DNA of 16,989 nucleotides from Pseudobdellovibrionaceae bacterium (GTDB taxonomy: Bacteria > Bdellovibrionota > Bdellovibrionia > Bdellovibrionales > Bdellovibrionaceae): positions 1 through 16,989 of the forward strand of contig JBGGMM010000084.1 in NCBI GenBank assembly GCA_041288045.1. The letters are read 5' to 3'. The notes below the pieces were generated by a model. The model saw nothing but the letters and a program-made list of their open reading frames with translations. It made no database searches and had not been told where the DNA came from. The translations under genes and the position numbers were made by a program. Shown here piece by piece: positions 7,412 to 14,424 of this stretch (position 1 is the first letter of the stretch; each line of letters begins with the position of its first letter).

Positions 7412-9478
7412 ATGCGAAAGATCCTTCTGACATGCGCTCTTCCCTATGCCAATGGTCCCCTTCACCTGGGGCATATGTTTGAACATTTATATGCGGATTT
7501 CTGGGTGCGATTTCAAAAAATGCGCGGCCACGAAGTCCTGTTTATTTGTGCCGATGACACCCATGGAACTCCGATTATGGTGGAGGCCCGAAAGCGCGGG
7601 ATCACGCCGGAGCAATTGATTGATCTGGCCTGGAAAGACCACGTCAAGGATTTCAAGGCCTTTCAAATTGAGCACACTCACTACTCGTCAACAAACTCCA
7701 AGGCCAACAAAGAGCTCTGCGAACATTTCTTTCAGAAAATGAAAGAGAAAAATCACCTGGGCTCTCGAACCATTCAGCAGCTTTACTGCGAACATGACAA
7801 AATGTTTCTCCCCGATCGCTTCGTCAAAGGTGAATGCCCCAAGTGTGGAACCAAAGATCAGTACGGGGATTCCTGCGATGTCTGCGGATCGACTTACACC
7901 CCGGCGGATTTAAAAAATTCTTACTGCGCTGTTTGTGGCACAAAACCAGTTGAAAAACCCTCTGAACAAATCATGTTTAAGCTCGAGGACTTCAGAGATT
8001 ACTTGAAGTCTTGGCTGCCCACTCACACCACCAAAGAAATCGGCAATAAAATGCTCGAATGGTTCAATGAACCATTGAGGGATTGGGACATTTCTAGAAA
8101 TGCGCCTTACTTTGGTTTTCAAATCCCCGGCTATCCTGACAAGTACTTTTATGTCTGGGTGGACGCCCCCATGGGCTACGTCTCTTCAAGCAAAGAGTAC
8201 TGCGACAAAGCCGGGCTTTCTTTTGATGAATACTGGAAATCCGATCGAACCGAAGTCTACCATTTGATTGGCAAAGACATCGTTTACTTTCACACACTTT
8301 TTTGGCCAGCTCTATTAAAAGCGGCTGATTTCCGAACGCCGACGGCGGTTTGGGTGCATGGTCATGTGATGGTCAATGGCGAGAGAATGAGCAAATCCCG
8401 CGGGACCTTTCTTTCTGCCGGGGCTTACCTGAATTTCTTGGATCCGATGTATCTGCGCTATTATTTTGCCAGCAAATTCTCAAATGGGGTTGATGATTTG
8501 GATTTCAATCTTGAGGATTTCACGCAAAGAACCAATTCCGACCTCATTGGTAAAATTACCAATCTAGCCTCGCGTGGAGCACAAATGCTCAACACGAAAA
8601 TGGATGGTGTGATCAGCGAACCGGATGCTGATGGCCTGGCTCTTTTACAAAAAGCTCAAGCCAAAGCCGATGAAATTGCCAAAGCTTATGAAAATCGAGA
8701 GTTCGTCAAAGCGATCAACGAAATCCGCTCATTGGCTGATGAGGCCAATCGTTATTTCGATGAAAGAGCTCCTTGGAAGACTTTGGAAACTGATCCCATC
8801 GCCACAAAAATGGTTCTCAGCACCACGTTGAATCTTTTCCGATTGTTGGCGATTTATTTAAAGCCCGTGCTACCGCTTTACACTGAAAAAGTAGAAAAGC
8901 TTTTGAATGAGAAAGCTTACACTTGGGATTCAGTGAAAACATTTTTGAAAAATCATAAAATCAATGCCTATGAGCATCTTGCGACCCGCATTGATCCTGT
9001 GAAAGTGAAGGCCATGATGGAAGCCAACAAAAAAGAACTCGAAGAAAAAGCAGCTCGCGACGCCAAAGCTGGATTTGTCAAAGGCCCTGCTGCCACAGCG
9101 TCGACCGCAACAGCCGCTCCAGCCGTAGATCGCAATTCAGAGCGGCCGGCCGAAATTTCAATTGATGATTTTGGCAAATTGGATCTTCGAGTTGCTGAGA
9201 TTTTGGAAGCTGAAGAAATCAAAGAAGCCGACAAATTGCTTCGCCTCAAAGTCAGCCTTGGCTCTTTGGGCGAAAGACAGATCATTGCCGGCATCAAATC
9301 CGCTTACAAACCTGAGCAACTCAAAGGCCGCAAGGTTTTGGTTGTTGCCAATCTAGCCCCTCGAAAAATGAAATTTGGCATGAGCGAGGGAATGGTGCTC
9401 GCAGCTGGGGCTGGGGGCTCTGAACTTTTCGTCCTTTCTCCCGATGAGGGAGCCAAAGCCGGCGACAAAGTGAAATAA
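7412..9478 (+). CDS. metG: Methionine--tRNA ligase with a C-terminal tRNA-binding OB-fold
   Basis: LPYANGPLHLGH, DDTHG, Zn-knuckle CxxC motifs, DWDISR, YVWVDA, IGKDI, RMSKS (a KMSKS variant) and C-terminal ANLAPRKMKFGMSEGM. Confidence 0.98.
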   Translation: MRKILLTCALPYANGPLHLGHMFEHLYADFWVRFQKMRGHEVLFICADDTHGTPIMVEARKRGITPEQLIDLAWKDHVKDFKAFQIEHTHYSSTNSKANKELCEHFFQKMKEKNHLGSRTIQQLYCEHDKMFLPDRFVKGECPKCGTKDQYGDSCDVCGSTYTPADLKNSYCAVCGTKPVEKPSEQIMFKLEDFRDYLKSWLPTHTTKEIGNKMLEWFNEPLRDWDISRNAPYFGFQIPGYPDKYFYVWVDAPMGYVSSSKEYCDKAGLSFDEYWKSDRTEVYHLIGKDIVYFHTLFWPALLKAADFRTPTAVWVHGHVMVNGERMSKSRGTFLSAGAYLNFLDPMYLRYYFASKFSNGVDDLDFNLEDFTQRTNSDLIGKITNLASRGAQMLNTKMDGVISEPDADGLALLQKAQAKADEIAKAYENREFVKAINEIRSLADEANRYFDERAPWKTLETDPIATKMVLSTTLNLFRLLAIYLKPVLPLYTEKVEKLLNEKAYTWDSVKTFLKNHKINAYEHLATRIDPVKVKAMMEANKKELEEKAARDAKAGFVKGPAATASTATAAPAVDRNSERPAEISIDDFGKLDLRVAEILEAEEIKEADKLLRLKVSLGSLGERQIIAGIKSAYKPEQLKGRKVLVVANLAPRKMKFGMSEGMVLAAGAGGSELFVLSPDEGAKAGDKVK

Positions 9479-9482
9479 TCCT

Positions 9483-10253
9483 ATGCTCTCGGCAGAAGAT
9501 CTTTCCATTCTTAAATCCTGCTATGAACTCATGCGGGAAATGGAAAAATCTTTTCAACAGGGCCCCTTCTCTGAAAAAGACCTGCATCAACTGGCGGGGC
9601 TTTTGCGCAGTTTTTCGCTCTCGGATCAAGTCGAACTCGGAAAGCTCTCATTGATCCCTGAGCATTTGCACCCGCAGATGTCACTGCGGCATTTTCTGAA
9701 TTTCCTGGTGCCAGTAGAAAGGCTTTTGGGACGCAATCTATCTGATGATTCGTTTCTGGTGACAAGCCAAGATCGCAAATCTTCTGTTACGGAAAAAATT
9801 CCGCTTTATTTTGTGCTTGAGAATATTCGCTCGGCTTTTAACGTCGGATCCATCTTTCGCCTGGCCGATTGTTTGGCAGTTGAAGAAATTTTTCTCTGTG
9901 GTTACACTCCCACGCCCGAGCAAGAAGCTTTGCAAAAAACTTCTTTGGGAACTTCGGAAAAAACAAAATGGAGTCATCGGGACAACCTCAGTGAAGCTCT
10001 GAAGGAACTTCAAAAAAGGAAAGTTCAGCTGGTGGCATTGGAAACTGCCGAAAATTCGACTTCGCTTTTTGACTTTCGCCTTCAAGGCCCCACCGCCTTT
10101 GTGGTTGGCAATGAGCGTTTTGGGCTCGAGGCCTCAGCACTCCAGCAATGTGATTTGGTTCTTTCGATTCCTACATTCGGATCAAAAAATTCTTTGAATG
10201 TCTCAAATGCTCTTTCCATTGCCGCTTACGAATGGAGACGGCAGTGGAAATAA
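9483..10253 (+). CDS. SpoU/TrmH-family RNA 2'-O-methyltransferase with an N-terminal extension
   Basis: LENIRSAFNVGSIFR, VVGNERFGL and IPTFGSKNSLNVSNA (SPOUT motifs 1-3). Confidence 0.88.
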   Translation: MLSAEDLSILKSCYELMREMEKSFQQGPFSEKDLHQLAGLLRSFSLSDQVELGKLSLIPEHLHPQMSLRHFLNFLVPVERLLGRNLSDDSFLVTSQDRKSSVTEKIPLYFVLENIRSAFNVGSIFRLADCLAVEEIFLCGYTPTPEQEALQKTSLGTSEKTKWSHRDNLSEALKELQKRKVQLVALETAENSTSLFDFRLQGPTAFVVGNERFGLEASALQQCDLVLSIPTFGSKNSLNVSNALSIAAYEWRRQWK

Positions 10254-11020
10254 AACCCATCGCTTTTTTTAAAACCCGAAAAAAACAGAGCTATGAGGCC
10301 GCTCGCCAGGGCTCTTGCGATACTTCGGATGAAATTGGTGAACTGCATTTTCTCTCTCAACAGCAGTTTGACCAAGCTTTGGAGGGGATCGAAGGCTTTT
10401 CCCATCTTTGGCTGATCTATCAGTTTCATCAAAATACCAACTGGAAACCCAAAGTTCTTCCCCCTCGAGGTAGCGATAAAAAAGTCGGTGTTTTTGCGAC
10501 TCGCTCCCCTTACCGCCCTAATGGTTTGGGTCTTTCGTGCGTCGAGCTTGTGGAAAGGTCAGGACTTATTCTCAAAGTGAAAAATTTTGATCTTTTGGAT
10601 GAAACACCGATTTTTGATGTGAAGCCTTATCTCAGTTATGCGGACTCGTTTCCCTCAGCCCGAATGGGTTGGCTGGAAGCGATTGAGAAACAAAAATTTG
10701 AAGTGAAGTTTTCCGACGCCGCCAAAGAGCAGTTGGAATTTCTCAAATCCCAAGGGCTGCTGGAGCTTGAAAATTTTCTGGTTCAGCAGCTGAGCTTTGA
10801 ACCTTTGAATTCAAAGAAAAAGCGAGTGCAAATTCTGTCGGACCAAGAAGCCGTTCTGGCTTACCGCACTTGGCGAGCACAATTTCAAATTCAAGAAACC
10901 CAAATTGAAATTCAAAATCTCTTTTCAGGTTATTCCCAGCAAGACCTCAATCAACTCGAGGACACTTATCAGGACAAAGCCTTGCATCGCCTTTTTCAAT
11001 CTCAATTTTTTATTGAATAG
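10232..11020 (+). CDS. trmO: tRNA (N6-threonylcarbamoyladenosine37-N6)-methyltransferase TrmO/TsaA
   Basis: GIEGFSHLWLIYQFH, PPRG, GVFATRSPYRPNGLGLS and DLLDETPIFDVKPY. Start may be GTG 10244. Confidence 0.9.
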   Translation: METAVEIKPIAFFKTRKKQSYEAARQGSCDTSDEIGELHFLSQQQFDQALEGIEGFSHLWLIYQFHQNTNWKPKVLPPRGSDKKVGVFATRSPYRPNGLGLSCVELVERSGLILKVKNFDLLDETPIFDVKPYLSYADSFPSARMGWLEAIEKQKFEVKFSDAAKEQLEFLKSQGLLELENFLVQQLSFEPLNSKKKRVQILSDQEAVLAYRTWRAQFQIQETQIEIQNLFSGYSQQDLNQLEDTYQDKALHRLFQSQFFIE

Positions 11021-12044
11021 AATTTTCTGGGGAAATCCGAGTCATTCCCCAAATGTTTTTTAAGACTGCTTCTTTAGGAACCCACACCTGACCGCCATCA
11101 CACTCGAGCGAGGGATGGTACCAAGGCTGACCGTTGCGGGTCCGAGTGCACGAGTGCGAGCCATAAGTGTCACGAACCAGATACTGACACTCACCTTTTT
11201 GAGTTCTCGAGCCAATCACCAACATCGAATGGCGCATACAATCTTTGGCAAAATGTCGGGGCTTTGAACCCTTCGACCCGTCATAATCCGGAGTGCGAAG
11301 AACTTGGGAGCAAACTGAAACTTCAATCGGCTGAGATTTCTGCAAAGTCTCCATGATGATTTTATCTTTTTCTTCAACGGGAGTTCCTTTGCGTTCCGTA
11401 TCGATGCGCTCGATTTGAAATGCCGGATCCTGTTTCACTTTGCCCTGACACTTTCCCTGAAACAAAGTGCGAAGGAACAGAACGAAAGTTTTTTCTTTCA
11501 AAGCTTTGACTGAAATATCAGCAAGTAACGTTGAGTCTTTGATGAAACCCAAACTCTGAAGCAGAGTTTCGAGCTTGAGAACGGCATCTTTTTCTTCTGT
11601 GTTTTTACCAGCGGATTGATAAAATTCTTTCACCATTTGGTGGAAGCGAATGATTTCCTCGGTGGGCTGATCCCCAAACAGATCGGCCTGTGAGCAGACA
11701 CCATCGATTTTAATTGTCTCAAGTGCTTTGTCAGGCTCGCCAAATTGCACATCTGAATTTTCATCTTTTTTGTAAGAAGAAGAATAATTGACTGCCAACC
11801 ACCAAGGGCTTGTTCTCTCATTTTGCAGCTGTTCCTGCTGGGCCCTTGAAGCTCGGTAAGTATCCAAAAGCTGAGCTGCCGTCGCCGCATAACAGATGTT
11901 CATATCTGTTCCTGCCGAGGCATTGGCTTGATCAAATACGGGATAAGACGAAAGCGATCCAGCCTTGTCCAAACGAATTTCAGGACAAGCTAGAGCAGTG
12001 GCCTGCCCCGCTAAGAGTGCTATAAAAATAAACAGAATTTTCAC
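11010..12044 (-). CDS. Secreted papain-like (clan CA) cysteine peptidase-like protein
   Basis: Probable GTG start at 12044 gives signal peptide MKILFIFIALLAGQATALA. DQ...ICYAATAA (oxyanion Gln and catalytic Cys), RHSMLVIG (His) and YLVRDTYG (aligns with papain RNSWG). Confidence 0.65.
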   Translation of the reverse strand: MKILFIFIALLAGQATALACPEIRLDKAGSLSSYPVFDQANASAGTDMNICYAATAAQLLDTYRASRAQQEQLQNERTSPWWLAVNYSSSYKKDENSDVQFGEPDKALETIKIDGVCSQADLFGDQPTEEIIRFHQMVKEFYQSAGKNTEEKDAVLKLETLLQSLGFIKDSTLLADISVKALKEKTFVLFLRTLFQGKCQGKVKQDPAFQIERIDTERKGTPVEEKDKIIMETLQKSQPIEVSVCSQVLRTPDYDGSKGSKPRHFAKDCMRHSMLVIGSRTQKGECQYLVRDTYGSHSCTRTRNGQPWYHPSLECDGGQVWVPKEAVLKNIWGMTRISPENSIQ

Positions 12045-12124
12045 TGATCTCCAGTGTAGCAAAAGAAGTTGCTTTTTTTCAAAGTGATTCCAGTCCAGGT
12101 GGAGGCTGTTTTCTGACAAATCCC

Positions 12125-13405
12125 TCAACCCGTCTTAGCGGGGACTGGAAAACTCTCAGGCTGCGCCTGGATTGGATCCACTTCTTCATCCAAGAGATTT
12201 TCAGAGTTCCGAACCTTGTAAAAGTAAACTCCCGCCACTAGACAGCGAAGCACAGCTCCTGAAACGAAAATCACCGCATAGGAGAAAAAGCTGGCGTTAA
12301 AGAATTTCAGCACCTGGCCTGCAGCCAGGGAGCCCAGGATCACGGCTCCAGCATTAAAAAAGTTATAGACCGTCAAGATCAGGATTTTTTGTTTCGGCTT
12401 GATTTGATTGAAAAAGGTCACGGTCAACGCCACTTCAAAAAGTCCCCAGAAAGCGCCACTGATCGCCTGCAAGGTCATAACGAAATAAAGATCCTGACTG
12501 AGCGGCCAAAGCGCTGGGATCGGGGCGATTCCCAAAGCTCCCCAGTAAAACACCCTTTTCACTCCGTACTTTTTCATCAGCTTTCCGGCAAAGGGCATGA
12601 CTAAAATTTTTGCCACTAGCAAAGAAGCAATACTGAGCATGTAACCGTTGTAATCCAAATGCAGCTTTTCCAGAAAATACGGAGTCACAAAGGGAGCTGA
12701 TATATAAACCATGACATTGAACAAAAATAAAAATCCAAAAAAGCGCCGGTAAGATGGTTTTTTCCAAAGCGCAAAAATTTCGCTCACATCGGGTCGGTGA
12801 TCCGGAGTGGATTTCCATTCTCTTTTCAAGGACAGAAAGTAACTGGAAGACAAACGACAGACAAAAGCGATGAGGAACAAAGTGGAAAAAACAGATGTAA
12901 AGGGACCCACTTGCAATTTGAGATGCAGGGCCAATCCCCCGCCCACAAGCCCAATAAGAACTCCCACTTGACCGATCTTATGGCGAAGGGCAAAGAAATT
13001 TTCCGCTTCGTCTTTGGGGACCAATTGATTCATCCAGTAATTCCACATCGGGGCCGAAGCAAAGCTAGCTCCCCAATAAATGGCAGCAATCAAAAAGAGC
13101 CACAGAAAATGATTTGTTGGAAATAACGAAAAATAAAAAAGCGGAACAAAAGTCAAAGCTTGCAAATACCCTGTTCCGACCACCCATTTTTTCACTGATC
13201 CCACATGATAAAGTGCCCAGGGCGAAATCATTTGAATCAAAGCTCCACTCATCAGCGGAACAGTGGCAAACAAACCGGTGAGCCACTCAGACATCCCCAC
13301 GGAAAGAGCATAAGCCGGAAGGTAAGATTCACCGGCACCAACCATCAAACTAAAAAAGAAAACATCCCACAGAGCGTATCTGAGGGACTTGCGGCAAACT
13401 GGCAT
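12125..13405 (-). CDS. MFS transporter
   Basis: About 12 hydrophobic segments in a 6+6 layout. Motif-A-like GKLMKKYGVKRV. Start at ATG 13405, 5 nt after the upstream gene's stop. Confidence 0.85.
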   Translation of the reverse strand: MPVCRKSLRYALWDVFFFSLMVGAGESYLPAYALSVGMSEWLTGLFATVPLMSGALIQMISPWALYHVGSVKKWVVGTGYLQALTFVPLFYFSLFPTNHFLWLFLIAAIYWGASFASAPMWNYWMNQLVPKDEAENFFALRHKIGQVGVLIGLVGGGLALHLKLQVGPFTSVFSTLFLIAFVCRLSSSYFLSLKREWKSTPDHRPDVSEIFALWKKPSYRRFFGFLFLFNVMVYISAPFVTPYFLEKLHLDYNGYMLSIASLLVAKILVMPFAGKLMKKYGVKRVFYWGALGIAPIPALWPLSQDLYFVMTLQAISGAFWGLFEVALTVTFFNQIKPKQKILILTVYNFFNAGAVILGSLAAGQVLKFFNASFFSYAVIFVSGAVLRCLVAGVYFYKVRNSENLLDEEVDPIQAQPESFPVPAKTG

Positions 13406-13410
13406 AACTA

Positions 13411-13758
13411 TTAAATCTTTCTGGAAACTGAGTCTTTGCAGGGTTGCGAGAGTTTGGCCTTGTGATTTTTCAGGCATTTCAGAATCGCCTTCTGGCCCGG
13501 CTTCACTTTGGCGCAGAATTTTTGCACATCATCCGCACAAGCTTCTCGGCCTTGTTTGAAACGAGTCTTCATCTCCTGTCCGAAAGCTTTGCATTCGACA
13601 GAAAGTTTCGATTCATTTTGCTTCAAACATTTCATGATGGCCCCACCGGGCCCCAGGCCAGAGCAAAACTTTTGAATGTCAGATTTGCAAGGATTCTCGG
13701 CAGCAAAAGAAGAATTCAAAAACAGAAGTGTCACTGTGAAAGTCATCCATGACTTCAT
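13411..13758 (-). CDS. Small secreted cysteine-rich protein with two GLG1-type (Cys_rich_FGFR-like) repeats
   Basis: SD AAGGGGA. Signal peptide ending SSFA. Two units of C..D..KFC......(I..)CLK....LS..C. Confidence 0.8.
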   Translation of the reverse strand: MKSWMTFTVTLLFLNSSFAAENPCKSDIQKFCSGLGPGGAIMKCLKQNESKLSVECKAFGQEMKTRFKQGREACADDVQKFCAKVKPGQKAILKCLKNHKAKLSQPCKDSVSRKI

Positions 13759-14015
13759 AAAATCCCCTTGAAACACGCAGGTGGCGTCTCTCTTTATATC
13801 ATCGCGTGTGTTGCCCAAACTAACAAGAGAGGGCCAGGGTCCGTCAGCGATTTTTTTTCCAGATTGCAAGCTTACAAACCCCTGACTTCACCCTTGCCTG
13901 ATGGACCTGGACTTTACTAAGGTCGGGACTTTTTTCTGAGGAACCTGCTCTGCCCGAATTTCCGATTCATTTAAGTTTTCTGGAAACTCGCCAAAGGCGA
14001 GCCCCGAAGGGGTGA

Positions 14016-14200
14016 GGCCACGGACATGGATGTTCACGATCAAGCGAAGACCAGAGCTCTGCACATCACTTTAGGAAATGACTTCGCGGTGACCCCTCAT
14101 CCACGATGTTGTCCGTTGGTATAGCGTGCCGACGGTCAACATCGTGGATGGAGGTCTCAAGCACAGCGGTGCCGATGATAAACGTGAGTGTGTCCGTCCA
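14016..14200. ncRNA. Candidate structured non-coding RNA (rod-like, 6S-sized); family and strand unresolved
   Basis: Closing stem ACGGACA 14020-14026 pairs with TGTCCGT 14191-14197. Further internal pairings and a long terminal hairpin at 14091-14156. Confidence 0.35.
14091..14156. repeat. Long imperfect inverted repeat (about 27 bp stem)
   Basis: CATCCACGATGTTG 14098-14111 and CAACATCGTGGATG 14137-14150 form 14 perfect pairs. Inner CCGTTGGTA/TGCCGACGG, outer GACC/GGTC. Confidence 0.9.
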
Positions 14201-14211
14201 TGCGAAGGCTT

Positions 14212-14236
14212 CCAGACGACCATCGTGGTCGTCTGG
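14212..14236. repeat. Perfect 11 bp inverted repeat
   Basis: CCAGACGACCA-TCG-TGGTCGTCTGG. Confidence 0.9.
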
Positions 14237-14295
14237 CAAGTGAATCAAAGGCAGATCGTTTTTGAATTTCTGTTTATTTTATGATGCGAATCTTT

Positions 14296-14337
14296 ACTCT
14301 CATTACCGTCTGCCTATGAGCAGACGATAATGAGAGT
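14296..14337. repeat. 18 bp inverted repeat with one mismatch (G-U on the minus strand)
   Basis: ACTCTCATTA-C-CGTCTGC-CTATGA-GCAGACG-A-TAATGAGAGT. Confidence 0.9.
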
Positions 14338-14366
14338 GCTTGAACTAAACTATCGGTCGCGGCGTT

Positions 14367-14400
14367 CAATAAACGGAGCTCGAGAGCTCCGTTTCGATTT
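14367..14400. terminator. Probable intrinsic terminator downstream of hppA, possibly bidirectional
   Basis: AAACGGAGCT-CGAG-AGCTCCGTTT (14371-14394), 30 nt after the hppA stop. Short T-rich tails on both strands (TTTATTG on minus, TTTCGATTT on plus). Confidence 0.6.
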
Positions 14401-14424
14401 CAAAATTTCGCGAGCATCCCGCAA

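Noticed and set aside
6543..11020. Carbonic anhydrase supplying bicarbonate for t6A synthesis next to trmO
   Set aside because: The enzyme is predicted to be exported, and TrmO methylates existing t6A without using bicarbonate.
13971..13997. Sigma28 promoter TTAAGTTT-N11-GCCAAAGG (and TAAAGTTT at 992-999)
   Set aside because: The -10 matches GCCGATAA at only 4 of 8 positions here and not at all at the other site.
13981..14040. c-di-GMP-I (GEMM) riboswitch suggested by GGAAACTCGCC-AAA-GGCGAG...GCCACGG
   Set aside because: It lacks the GNRA tetraloop, the GCAAA junction and a recognisable P2 receptor. Only a covariance-model scan could rescue it.
14066..14248. 60 aa minus-strand ORF from the ORF track
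   Set aside because: TTG start without an SD, no recognisable motif, and it runs through the palindromes.
13760..14424. CRISPR array, integron attC array, retron msr-msd, tmRNA or RNase P RNA
   Set aside because: No direct repeats with regular spacers, no clear RYYYAAC/GTTRRRY boxes, no cas, integrase or RT gene in the window, and no tRNA-like ends or RNase P core motif.
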